DNA from: an uncultured Solirubrobacterales bacterium
GTDB taxonomy: Bacteria > Actinomycetota > Thermoleophilia > Solirubrobacterales > 70-9
Length of the DNA stretch: 64,000 bases
Direction of reading: 5' to 3'
Assembly (NCBI GenBank): GCA_963801245.1
Contig: CAWDEA010000004.1
Coordinates: 75,175-139,174 of the forward strand
A program made the translations under genes and the position numbers. How positions within the stretch are numbered: position 1 is the first letter of the stretch; the number at the start of each line of letters is the position of its first letter. Positions 11,405 to 20,836 of the stretch are shown piece after piece. The notes below the pieces were generated by a model. It made no database searches and had not been told where the DNA came from. It saw only the letters and a program-made list of their open reading frames with translations.

Positions 11405-12790
11405 ATGCTCTTCCGCCAGATCATCCACGAGGACCTCGGTTGTGCCTCCTATCTCGTCGGCGACACCGCCTCGGGAGTCGCCGCGGTGGTCGACCCCCAG
11501 TGGGACATCGACCCCTACCTGCACCTGGCGCGCCTGCACGGGGTGCGGATCGAGCACGTGCTCGAGACCCACAACCACGCCGACCACGTCTCTGGCCACG
11601 GCCGGCTCGCCCGCGCGACCGGCGCGACGATCCACGTCCACGAGCTGGCCGGGGCGGAGTACCCGCACGAGGCCTTCGCCGACGGCTGGACGCTGAAGCT
11701 GGGCGAGGGAGCGACGATCGAGGCGATCCACACGCCCGGCCACCGGCCCGAGCACACCTCCTTCCTGCTGCGCGACGCGAGCCGGGGCGATGACCCCTGG
11801 GCGGTGCTGAGCGGCGACTCGCTCTTCGTCGGCGACGTCGCCCGGCCCGACCTCGCGATCGAGCCGCGCGAGGGCGCCGCCGACATCTTCCGCTCCCTGC
11901 ACGAGAGGCTGCTGGCGCTGCCGGAGGAGACCGAGGTCTGGCCCGGGCACCTGGGCGGCTCGCTCTGCGGCAGCTCCGGGATCGACCTGAAGACCTCCTC
12001 GACCATCGGCTTCGAGCGCCGCCACAACCGGGCGCTCGCATTCGGGAGCGAGGCCGATTTCGTCGAGGACGCCGTCGCCACGATCGGTGCCAAGCCACCG
12101 AACGTCGCGCACATCGTCTCGCTCAACCGAGGCCCGCTGGTCGAGTCGATCGGCGCCCCGACCCGGCTCACTCCGCACGGCTTCGAGGCCGCGATCGCCG
12201 CCGGGGCGCTGGCGATCGACTCGCGCACCAACGAGCAGTTCGACGAGGCGCACATCCCCGGCTCGATCAGCGCCTCCGCCTATGACACCGGCTTCGCCAC
12301 CAAGGTCGCCGAGATGGTCCCGGTCGACGCCCAGCTGCTGATCGTCGCCGCCTCCGACGGCAACGAGCTGGAGGCGGCCGAGCTGCTGGCCGCGGTCGGC
12401 CTCCCGGTCCGCGGCTTCCTCGGCGGCGGCATGACCGCCTGGCGCGCCGAGGACCGCCCGGTGGCACGGATCGAGTCGATCGACCTGGCGGAGCTGGCCC
12501 GCCGCCTCGGCGAGGATTCGGGACCGCAGGTGCTCGACGTCCGCGGCGACGCCGAGTACGCCGAGGGCCACATCCCGGGCTCGATCCACATCCCCTTCGC
12601 GCAGCTCCGCGACCGCCTCGGCGAGCTTCCCCGCGACCGAACGATCGCGACGATCTGCAAGGCCGGCAAGCGCAGCGGCCTGGCCGCCTCGATCCTGCAA
12701 CGCGAAGGCTTCGAGGGTGTGATCCACGTCAGCCGCGGCAACGCCGCGGCCTGGCCAAAGACCGTGGGCGCTCAGTCTCCATCCCGGTAG
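11405..12790 (+). CDS. MBL-fold persulfide-dioxygenase-like protein fused to two rhodanese domains
   Basis: MLFRQIIHEDLGCASYLVGD..., ETHNHADHVSGH (HxHxDH). The C-terminal rhodanese has the active loop CKAGKRS; the first rhodanese lacks the Cys. Divergent from acs. Confidence 0.85.
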   Translation: MLFRQIIHEDLGCASYLVGDTASGVAAVVDPQWDIDPYLHLARLHGVRIEHVLETHNHADHVSGHGRLARATGATIHVHELAGAEYPHEAFADGWTLKLGEGATIEAIHTPGHRPEHTSFLLRDASRGDDPWAVLSGDSLFVGDVARPDLAIEPREGAADIFRSLHERLLALPEETEVWPGHLGGSLCGSSGIDLKTSSTIGFERRHNRALAFGSEADFVEDAVATIGAKPPNVAHIVSLNRGPLVESIGAPTRLTPHGFEAAIAAGALAIDSRTNEQFDEAHIPGSISASAYDTGFATKVAEMVPVDAQLLIVAASDGNELEAAELLAAVGLPVRGFLGGGMTAWRAEDRPVARIESIDLAELARRLGEDSGPQVLDVRGDAEYAEGHIPGSIHIPFAQLRDRLGELPRDRTIATICKAGKRSGLAASILQREGFEGVIHVSRGNAAAWPKTVGAQSPSR

Positions 12791-12890
12791 GGGTTCCGCT
12801 TAACTTTTTCGAGAGGCGCGGATTGCTGACGCCCCGAAGGAGCGCCCGCGAAAAAGTACAAGACGCTCCACCCCTACCGGGATGGAGACT
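12774..12890. repeat. 117-nt palindromic element with perfect 20-bp terminal inverted repeats between convergent genes (terminator or REP/MITE-like)
   Basis: agtctccatcccggtagggg at 12774-12793 is the exact reverse complement of 12871-12890. Inner complementary blocks are ctttttcg/cgaaaaag and ggcgc/gcgcc. The AT-richer core is embedded in GC-rich DNA. Confidence 0.6.
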
Positions 12891-14105
12891 CAGAATCCAG
12901 GCGGGTGGCGCGCGATGAAGCCTTCTGTAGAGCTTACGGGGGACGGGTGCCAGCGGGGGCCGGCGCCGCCGGAGGTGTCGAAGGCGAGGCCGGCGATGAT
13001 CACCCAGGCGTGGCCGGCGTTGGCGTAGACGGTGATCCAGCGGCCGGGACCGGGTTCGCCCCAGGTCGAGAGGCCGGTCGAGTCGAGCGGGCTGGAGAGG
13101 AAGCCGCCGCCGTTGAGGGCGAAGCTGACCGCGCCGGAGCAGTCGTAGCCGGAGGATTCGAAGGAGCCGTGGCCGCCGCCCCAGATGTAGGGCGTGGTGG
13201 CGATCGAGTTGGCGGCTTCGATCGCAGCGGCGACCGCCGGAGGAGCGGCGCTCGGCACGCTGGCCTGGCTTTCGGAGATGTAGTTGGCGCTCTCGCCCGG
13301 GGTCAGCGGCGCCGGCGTGCCGGTCGGCACCGGGGCGCCGCTGGCGGCGAGCTGTTCGGAGATCGCGGAGAGGTTGTTGCTGAGCGCGGCTTCGCGCGAT
13401 TCGAGCGATTCGAGCGCCGCCTGGCGCTCCGCCTGGGCGGCCTTCAGCTCGGAGAAGCGCGCCTCGGCTTCGGAGCGCGCGGCGGCGGCCTCGGCCTCCT
13501 TGACAGCGATCGCGTCGCGGGCCTGCTTGATCTGCAGGCGCACCGCGGTCATCCGCTCGACCGCGGCCCTGGCCTGGTCGCGCAGCGTCTTGACCCGGGC
13601 GGCGACCGAGTCGTCGTATTCCTGGATCTGGTTGAGGTAGTCGGCGCGGGTGGTGACTTCCGACCAGCTCGCCGAGTCGAGGATCGACGTTGATCATGTC
13701 CGGGCTGCCCGACTCATAGATCGCGACCAGGCGCTCGCGCAGCACATCGAGCGCCCGCTGCAGGCGGGCGCGGACCTGGGCAAGGTGGCGCTTGTCGGCC
13801 TCGAGCTCCGCAGTCGCCCGGTCGAGCTCCTCCTGCTTGGCCGAGAGCTCGGCCTCGAGCACCGCCTGGCGCTGGCGCAGAGCCGAGACTTCTCCGATCA
13901 TCGAGTCGATCGCGCGGTTCTGTTCGGCGATCGACGCGGCCACGGCGCTCTGGTCCTCGCGCACCTCACTCAGCTTTCCCTGCGTCTGGTGCAGCTTCTC
14001 TTCGAGCGTCTCGGCAGGCGCCGAGGCCGCTGCGCAGAGCAGGGCGAAGAGCAGCGCCGCGGGCAGCAGCAGCCGCCATGAGTTGCCGCGAAGGGAAACG
14101 CGCAT
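12890..14105 (-). pseudogene. RipA-like secreted peptidoglycan endopeptidase (coiled-coil + NlpC/P60), one frame break near 13685
   Basis: Signal peptide LLLPAALLFALLCAAASAPA, then a long coiled coil. The C-terminal part reads TPYIWGGGHGSFESSGYDCSGAVSFAL...GHAWVII (Cys/His of NlpC/P60). The join SPDMINV|ILDSASWSEVTTRADYL requires a 1-nt shift. Confidence 0.8.
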
Positions 14106-14215
14106 CGGCGGCGCACGCTAGCGAAGTCGCCTAAAGATTGTTAGGAGTTGCTAATAACCTGCAACTTCGCTTGCAAAATCCCCTCCTTGCAGGAGAAATC
14201 GCAGCCACCACGAGC

Positions 14216-14260
14216 TCCGGTGCGCTTTATGCCACCCATGGCCACATAAAGCGCACCGGA
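14216..14260. repeat. 45-nt hairpin element, copy A (second copy at 63594-63638)
   Basis: tccggtgcgctttatg / cataaagcgcaccgga form a 16-bp perfect stem around a 13-nt loop. 38/45 nt are identical to copy B. Confidence 0.6.
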
Positions 14261-14268
14261 AGGGCCTA

Positions 14269-14658
14269 TTAGGCGAGGAGTTTCGCCTTGGCCTTCTCGA
14301 ACTCCTCGGCGGAGATCGCGCCCTTCTCCTTGAGGTCGTTCAGCTTGTGCAGTTCGTCGGCGGGTGAGACGTGGGCCTGTTCGCGGATGTAGGAGTCCAT
14401 GTGCTGCTTGGCCTCGGCTTGCGCCTTGATCGTCCGGTCGCGCATGCCGTTGCCGCGGGCGATCAGGTAGATCAGCGCCGTCAGGAACGGGATGAAGACC
14501 AGGAAGAGCACCCAGGCTGCCTTGGCCCAGCCGGAGATCTCGTGGTCGCGGAAGAGGTCGGTGAGGATGGTGATCAGGATCCAGATCCAGATCACGAAGA
14601 AGAAGACCTCGAAGGCGACGAGGAGGGCTTCTCCGAAGCTGATGTCGGCGAGAGGCAA
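14269..14658 (-). CDS. PLDc_N + SHOCT domain membrane protein
   Basis: Two TM segments (FFFVIWIWILITILTDLF, AAWVLFLVFIPFLTALIYLIARG). C-terminal HKLNDLKEKGAISAEEFEKAKAKLL is a SHOCT-type motif. Confidence 0.85.
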   Translation of the reverse strand: MPLADISFGEALLVAFEVFFFVIWIWILITILTDLFRDHEISGWAKAAWVLFLVFIPFLTALIYLIARGNGMRDRTIKAQAEAKQHMDSYIREQAHVSPADELHKLNDLKEKGAISAEEFEKAKAKLLA

Positions 14659-14697
14659 GGGGGGTCCTTTCAGTCGGGGGTTTTCGCTGCTGTCACG

Positions 14698-15442
14698 CTA
14701 CCTCAGCAGCCGCCGTGCGAACAGCACGGCGGCAACCGCGGTGGCGAGGTTGAGGCTGGAGACACCCTCGCGCATCGGGATCGACAGCCGGACGTCGGCG
14801 CGGTCGAGCAGCTCGTCGCTGAGGCCGTAGCGCTCGGTGCCGAAGGCGAGGATCGAGCGCGGCGAGCAGCTCGCGCAGGTCCGCAGGTCCTCGCCGCCGG
14901 GGTCGATCGCGACGAGCGGGCGATCCGCCCCGGGCAGCGCCTCGACGGCCGCCACCGGCAGGGCGAAGTGCAGCCCGGCGGCGCCGCGCAGCGCCTCGGG
15001 GTGCCAGGGGTCGTTGCTGCCGGTGGTGAGGACCGCCGCGGCGTCGGCGGCGGCGGCGACCCGCACGCAGGCCCCCATGTTGCCCATCGTGCGCGGATCC
15101 TCGAGCAGGACCACCGGCGCCGGGCCTCTCGTCTGCCAGCACCGCGGCCACGTCGACGGACGGACGGCGGGCGATCGCGACCGCTCCGGTCCGGGGCGCA
15201 TGGGGAACCATCCGCTCGATCTCCCCCGCGCTCACCGGCTCGACCCGCCCCGCCAGCGAGCCGGCGAGGTCGGGTGCCAGCTCGGCCGCGAGGCGTTCCA
15301 GCTCCTCAGGGTCCGAGGCGACCGCCTCGACGACCTCGGCGCCGAAGCGCAGCGCGTGCTTGAGCGCGTGGAAGCCCTCCAGGACCGCCAGCTCGCGATC
15401 GCGGCGGGCGGCTCGGAAACGCTGCACGAGGGCGTCGCTCAC
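14698..15442 (-). pseudogene. TrmH/SpoU-family RNA 2'-O-methyltransferase, one frame break near 15125
   Basis: N-part VSDALVQRFRAARRDRELAVLEGFHALKHALRFG from GTG 15442. C-part VVLLEDPRTMGNMGACVRVAAA...AFGTERYGLSDELL...IPMREGVSSLNLATAVAAVLF is in the 14698..15201 frame. Confidence 0.75.
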
Positions 15443-15461
15443 CGGCGCATCATGACTCCAA

Positions 15462-16637
15462 TCAGGAGGTCGACGGCGAGCCGACGACGGGCGCATGCTC
15501 GTCGCCGTCGTCGGAGAGCGCGTCGAGGAACGACGTCAGGTAGCGGCCGATCACCTTGCCGTCCTGCGCGGGCCACTGCGGCCGCTCGCTGAGGCTGGAG
15601 GTTTCGCCGTGGCCGCCTGTCGGCCTTCCATAGAGGTAACGCGGCTCCCTCCCGGTCCAGAGGACCCCGCGCAGGACCGGGTCGAACGGCTCGGGATCGA
15701 CGTCGGCCCCGCATTCGCAGGCGATCAGGCTGGCGGCGGCGTCGGCCTGCTGCGTCGCGATCCCTCCCTGCTTGATCGGGAAGGCGGTGACGTCGCCGAC
15801 GGCGAAGACCCGCTCGGCGCCGATCGCCCTGCCGTACTCGTCGACGCCGACGAAGCCGTCGGGGTCGTGGGGAAGTCCGACCACCTGGCGGCCCTCCAGG
15901 CGGGGAAGGCTGACGACCGCGTCGGCCTCGATCTCCTCACCGGGGGCGATCCGCAGCCGCCCGTTCTCGAAGCCGACCGGGTGGGCGCCGGCTACGACCT
16001 CGATTCCCCGTTCCTCGAGCAGCCTGCCCATCTGCTCGCCGGCGCGATGGCCGAAGAGCTCCAGCGGGGCGTCCTCGGGAGTGACGACCGTGATCCGGGT
16101 GCGTACACCCGGCGACCTCGCCAGCTCGCTCGCGGCGAAAAGCGCCAGCTCGTAGAGCGGCAGCGCCCAGCTGCGCCCGCCGGGCATGGTGAATGCGAGG
16201 CTGCGCAACCGGCCGGCGCGCAGGTCGGCGACCACGTCCCCGACCTGGCCTTCGTCGGCGACGCCCCAGAAGGTGACCGCGCCGGGGACCGCCCAGAGCA
16301 TCCGCACTCCGGTTGCGAGCAGGAGGTAGTCGTAGGAGAGCTGCTCCCCGTCGCGTGTCGTGGCAAGCCTTTGCCCGGGCTCGACCGAGACGATCCCGTC
16401 GGCGTGGAAGGAGGCGCCGCAGCGCGCGGCCAGCGCCTCCATGTCGTAGCGAAATATCCGCGCCGCCCCGTAGGGCTCGCCGACCGCGAAGGGGCGGAAG
16501 GCGAACTCGCGGCGCGGGTCACGCATCTCGACCTCCACCAGCTCGCCCGCCAGATCGCGCAGGGCCAGCGCGGCCTCGACGCCGGCGATGCCGGCGCCGA
16601 CGATCAGCACCCGTGCCCTCTCGTCACCGCGCCTCAT
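15462..16637 (-). CDS. FAD-dependent pyridine-nucleotide-disulfide oxidoreductase (SQR/NDH-2-like)
   Basis: VLIVGAGIAGVEAA dinucleotide fold, VFAVGDVTAFPIKQGGIATQQA C-terminal FAD block. ATG 16637 overlaps the upstream stop by 4 nt. Confidence 0.8.
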   Translation of the reverse strand: MRRGDERARVLIVGAGIAGVEAALALRDLAGELVEVEMRDPRREFAFRPFAVGEPYGAARIFRYDMEALAARCGASFHADGIVSVEPGQRLATTRDGEQLSYDYLLLATGVRMLWAVPGAVTFWGVADEGQVGDVVADLRAGRLRSLAFTMPGGRSWALPLYELALFAASELARSPGVRTRITVVTPEDAPLELFGHRAGEQMGRLLEERGIEVVAGAHPVGFENGRLRIAPGEEIEADAVVSLPRLEGRQVVGLPHDPDGFVGVDEYGRAIGAERVFAVGDVTAFPIKQGGIATQQADAAASLIACECGADVDPEPFDPVLRGVLWTGREPRYLYGRPTGGHGETSSLSERPQWPAQDGKVIGRYLTSFLDALSDDGDEHAPVVGSPSTS

Positions 16638-17308
16638 GCCGCCGCGTTCCTTGGTGGGCCAAGGGCCGAGATCACCTCTTGGTCGGACACCTGTGAGAAG
16701 TCCCGGTACCACTGCCCCACCCCGTAGAGCTGCGGCGGTTCGGCCAGGCAGACGACCTCGTCGGCCTCCCCGCGCAACCGCGCGGCCGAGTCGGGCGCGC
16801 AGACGGGAACGGCGAGGACGAGGCGGCGCGGCTTCCGGCGACGGATCGCCCGCAGCGCCGCCGTATCCGTGACCCCGGTGGCGACGCCGTCGTCGACGAC
16901 GACGACCGTGCGGTCCCTCAGCTCCATCGCCGGACGGTCCCCGCGGTAGGCGGCGACCCGCCTGCGCAGCTCAGCGGTCTCGCGGCCGACGATCGAGTCG
17001 AGCACGCCGCCGTTGATCCCGAGGACCGCCAGCGCCTCGGCGTCGAAGACGCGGGTGCCGTCCTCGGCGATCGCGCCGATGCCGTACTCGGGGTTGTGGG
17101 GAGCGCCGAGCTTGCGCACGGCGAGGATCTCGAGCGGGGCATGGAGCGCCGCGGCCACCTCGCCGGCCACCGGGACGCCGCCGCGCGGCAGCCCGACGAC
17201 GACCGGCTCCTCGTCGGCCAGCGGCAGCAGCCGCTCGGCCAGCCTCCGCCCTGCGTCGTGCCGGTCGCGAAACCGCTTTGGCTGGGAATCTCCGTTTGCC
17301 GAAACCAT
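16634..17308 (-). CDS. phosphoribosyltransferase family protein
   Basis: MVSANG... start at 17308. FRDRHDAGRRLAERL..VVVGLPRGGVPVA and PRPP loop VVVVDDGVATGVT. Confidence 0.8.
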   Translation of the reverse strand: MVSANGDSQPKRFRDRHDAGRRLAERLLPLADEEPVVVGLPRGGVPVAGEVAAALHAPLEILAVRKLGAPHNPEYGIGAIAEDGTRVFDAEALAVLGINGGVLDSIVGRETAELRRRVAAYRGDRPAMELRDRTVVVVDDGVATGVTDTAALRAIRRRKPRRLVLAVPVCAPDSAARLRGEADEVVCLAEPPQLYGVGQWYRDFSQVSDQEVISALGPPRNAAA

Positions 17309-17454
17309 CGTCGGCCGATTGTCCAGTGGCGCGCGGGCGGGGGCATCGGTGTATTGCCCCCGCATCTGTTCGGCTTTTCCCGGATACCCGGCGATGCGAC
17401 GCCGTTTAGATTCGGCCCAGTGGTGGAGCCAAGGCAAAGAGGGGGGCGGTATCG

Positions 17455-18300
17455 GTGAGACTGATGGTTGGCTTCGACGGCAGCGACGGCGGCCGCGACG
17501 CGCTCGAGCTCGCTCGCACGATCGCCGTCCCGGCCGAGGCCAGCGTCCTGGTGGTCGCCGTGATTCCCTACGGCCCGCTCCCGGTCGACTTCCGGGAGCT
17601 GGATAGCTGGGACGACGAAACGGCGGCGGCGGCCGAGCCGCTGCTCGAGCAGGCCCGCGAACGCCTCCAGGGCCTGACGGTCGATACCCGCGGCTTCGGC
17701 GGCGGCTCCCCAGCCGGGGTGATGACCGAGCTGGCCGAACGCGAGGAGATCGACCTGATCGTCGTCGGCTCTCCACACCGCAGCGCGGTCGGCCGCGCCC
17801 TGATCGGCAGCGTCGCCGAGAGCCTCCTTCACGGCGCCCCCTGCGCCGCGGTGGTCGCCCCGAAGGGCTACGCGGCCGAGAGCCACGACCCCTTTCGCCA
17901 GATCGCGGTCGCCTACGACGGGACGCCCGAAGCCAAGGCCGCCCTCCACCGCGCCGAAGCGATTGCGAAGCAGACCAACGCCACGATCCAGGTCCTCACC
18001 GTCGTCGCCCCCCCGGTCGCGATGCCCGGCGTCGTCGGCTACACCCCGATCGAACCGCCCGAGCCCGACAGGATCGTCAACGAGGCGGTCAACTCGGTCG
18101 ACTCCGGCCTCGCCGCGACGGGCCGCCGGCTCGACGGGGCGCCGGCACCGACCCTCGCCCAGGCCTGCGAGGACGGCGTCGACCTGCTCGTCGCCGGCTC
18201 GCGCCGCTACGGCCCGGTGATGCGGGTGCTGCTCGGGTCCGTCTCCACCCAGCTGGTCCGCGAAGCCCCCTGCCCCGTCCTGGTCGTGCCGAGGCCATGA
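17455..18300 (+). CDS. universal stress protein, tandem Usp domains
   Basis: Two repeats, each ending in G(S)xxxGxxxxxLLGSV(S/A) type motifs (VVGSPHRSAVGRALIGSVAESL; VAGSRRYGPVMRVLLGSVSTQL). SD gagggggg lies upstream of GTG 17455. Confidence 0.85.
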   Translation: MRLMVGFDGSDGGRDALELARTIAVPAEASVLVVAVIPYGPLPVDFRELDSWDDETAAAAEPLLEQARERLQGLTVDTRGFGGGSPAGVMTELAEREEIDLIVVGSPHRSAVGRALIGSVAESLLHGAPCAAVVAPKGYAAESHDPFRQIAVAYDGTPEAKAALHRAEAIAKQTNATIQVLTVVAPPVAMPGVVGYTPIEPPEPDRIVNEAVNSVDSGLAATGRRLDGAPAPTLAQACEDGVDLLVAGSRRYGPVMRVLLGSVSTQLVREAPCPVLVVPRP

Positions 18301-20656
18301 CGGACCTCGGCACCTCGCCCCGGGACGCCGCGACCGCCGACGCCGTGCGTCGGCTTCGACCGGCTCTCGCGCGCCGACGTCTCCTACGCCGGCGGCAAGG
18401 GCGCCAACCTCGGCGAGCTGACCGCCGCCGGCCTGCCGGTGCCGCCCGGCTTCGTCGTCGGCGCGCCCGCCTACGCGGCCTTCTGCGACGCCAGCGGCCT
18501 GCGCGAGCGGATCGAGGCGCGGCTGGCGAGCGTCGACGTCGAGGACACCGAGGCGCTCGAACGCGCCGCCGGCGAGGTCCGTGTCGAGGTCGAGGCGGAG
18601 CCGCTGCCAGACGGCCTCGCCGACCGCGATCGGCGACGCCTACGACCGCCTCGCCGCGGGCGACCCGGCGGCACCCGTCGCGGTGCGCTCCTCGGCGACC
18701 GCGGAGGACACCGAGTCGGCCTCCTTCGCCGGCATGAACGAGACCTTCCTCAACGTCCGCGGCCGCGATGCCGTGCTCGAAGCGGTGCGCCGCTGCTGGT
18801 CCTCCCTCTTCGGCGCCCGCACCATCTACTACCGCGCCAAGCGCGGCTTCGGCCAGGCCGACATGGACATCGCCGTCGTCGTCCAGCGCCAGATCGCCTC
18901 GACCCGCTCCGGGGTGATGTTCACGATCGACCCCGCCTCCGGCGCGACCGACCGGCTGTCATCGAGGGCGCCTTCGGCCTCGGCGAGTCGGTCGTCTCGG
19001 GCTCGGTCTCGCCCGACCGCTACGTCGTCGCCAAGGAGAAGCTGACCATCCTGCAGCGAGAAGTCCGGCGCAAGGAGCTGACGATCGAGCCCAACGCCGA
19101 CGGCGGCACGACGACCCGCGAGCTGGCCGAGCACGAGGCCGAACAGCCGGTCCTGAGCGACGAGGAGGTGCGGCGGGTCGCCGAGCTCGGGGTCCGCATC
19201 GAGCGCCACTACGGCGCTCCCGCAGGACACCGAGTGGGCGATCGACGACGCCGGCGCGATCTGGATGCTGCAGTCGCGGCCGGTCACGGCGTCCGGCGGC
19301 GTCCCCCTCGACGAGCCGACCGGCCAGCAGCGCGGCGAGATGCTCGTGCGCGGCCTCGGTGCCGCTCCCGGCGTCGCCTCCGGCACCGTGCGGGTGATCG
19401 GCGCGCAGGCCGCCGCCGACGGCCTGCTCGAGGGCGAGGTCCTCGTCACCCACATGACCGCGCCCGACTGGGTGCCGCTGATGCGCAGGGCGGCGGCGAT
19501 CGTCACCGACTCCGGCGGCATGACCTGCCACGCGGCGATCGTCTCGCGCGAGCTGGGGATCCCCTGCGTGGTCGGCACGGCCGAGGCGACCAAGGTGCTG
19601 CGCGACGGCGAGCTGGTCACGGTCGACGCCGGCGAGGGCGTCGTCACCGAGGGCGCCAGCGCACCGGCGCGCGGCGCGGGAGGCGGCGGCGCCGACGACC
19701 GTGGCAGCCCCCGTGACCGGCACCAAGCTCCTGGTCAACCTCTCCGAGCCCTCGCAGCTGGAGCGGGCGGCGAAGCTCGAGGTCGACGGGGTCGGGCTGC
19801 TGCGCGCCGAGCTGATGGTGGTCGAGGCGCTCGAGGGCGTCCACCCGCGGCTGCTGATCGAGGAAGGGCGCGGCGAGCGCTTCGTCGAGCGCATGGCCGC
19901 CTCGCTCACCGCCTTCGCCAACGCCTTCGCGCCACGCCCGATCACCTACCGCACGATCGACTTCCGCACCAACGAGTTCCGCGGCCTGAAGGGCGGCGAG
20001 CGCTTCGAGCCGGAGGAGTCCAACCCGATGATCGGCTACCGCGGCGCCCTGCGCTACACCCGCGAGCCCGACCTGCTCGGCCTCGAGCTGGAGGCGATCG
20101 GCCGGGTCTGGGACGAGGGCCACACCAACTTCCACGTGATGATCCCCTTCGTCCGCACCCCGCGCGAGGTGGTCGCCGTGCCGCGAGCAGATGGATGCGG
20201 CCGGGCTGCTCTCGCGGCGCGGCTTCGAGCTCTGGGTGATGGCAGAGGTGCCCTCGGTCCTCTTCCACCTCGGCCGCTACGCCGAGCTCGGCGTCGACCG
20301 GGATCTCGATCGGCTCAAACGACCTGACCCAGCTCGTGCTCGGCGCCGACCGCGACTCCGAGCTCGTCGCCGAGGTCTTCGACGAGCGCGACGCCGCAGT
20401 CACCGAGTACATCTCCCAGCTCCTCGCCCGGGCGCGGGAGCTCGGCCTGCAGACCTCGATCTGCGGCCAGGCGCCCTCCGTCTACCCCGAGTACGCGGAG
20501 ATCCTGGTGCGGGCGGGGATCGACGCGATCTCGGTCAACATGGACGCGGTCGACCGGGCCCGTCGCCTGGTTGCCGCCGCCGAGCAACGGCTCCTGCTCG
20601 ATCGCGCCCGCGCCGGCCAGGGGACGCCGCGAGCTGGGAGGGACACCCAATCGTGA
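18297..20656 (+). pseudogene. ppsA: phosphoenolpyruvate synthase (pyruvate, water dikinase), about seven frame breaks
   Basis: Collinear pieces across three frames: YAGGKGANLGEL; VAVRSSATAEDTESASFAGMNETF; VIEGAFGLGESVVSG; QDTEWAIDDAGAIWMLQSRPVT. Also TDSGGMTCHAAIVSRELGIPCVVG (phospho-His domain); NPMIGYRGALRY; GISIGSNDLTQLVLG. Breaks near 18345, 18625, 18955, 19222, 19695, 20177, 20298. Confidence 0.9.
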
Positions 20657-20747
20657 TCGGCGCCGATGGCCACGGCCAAACGGGCGCGCGAGCCCATGCA
20701 CCCACGCGCGCGTCCAGCAGCCCGGCGCGGATCATCGCCAGCGACTC

Positions 20748-20779
20748 CTCACCCGCCAGGCACCCGCCTGGCGGGTGAG
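20748..20779. terminator. GC-rich hairpin between convergent ppsA and membrane-protein gene
   Basis: ctcacccgccagg (20748-20760) / cctggcgggtgag (20767-20779): 13-bp perfect stem with a 6-nt loop. Confidence 0.55.
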
Positions 20780-20836
20780 GCAGGCGCGGCGCAACTCATC
20801 CCGCCCTCAAGAGACGCGCTGCCGACCCTGCGCCGC

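Noticed and set aside
14106-14215. Possible cyclic-di-AMP (ydaO-type) riboswitch upstream of the RipA-like NlpC/P60 gene, as is common for actinobacterial cell-wall hydrolases.
   Set aside because: The 110-nt leader is AT-richer and has short hairpins. I could not find the conserved ydaO core motifs or the expected pseudo-twofold architecture. It is also too short.
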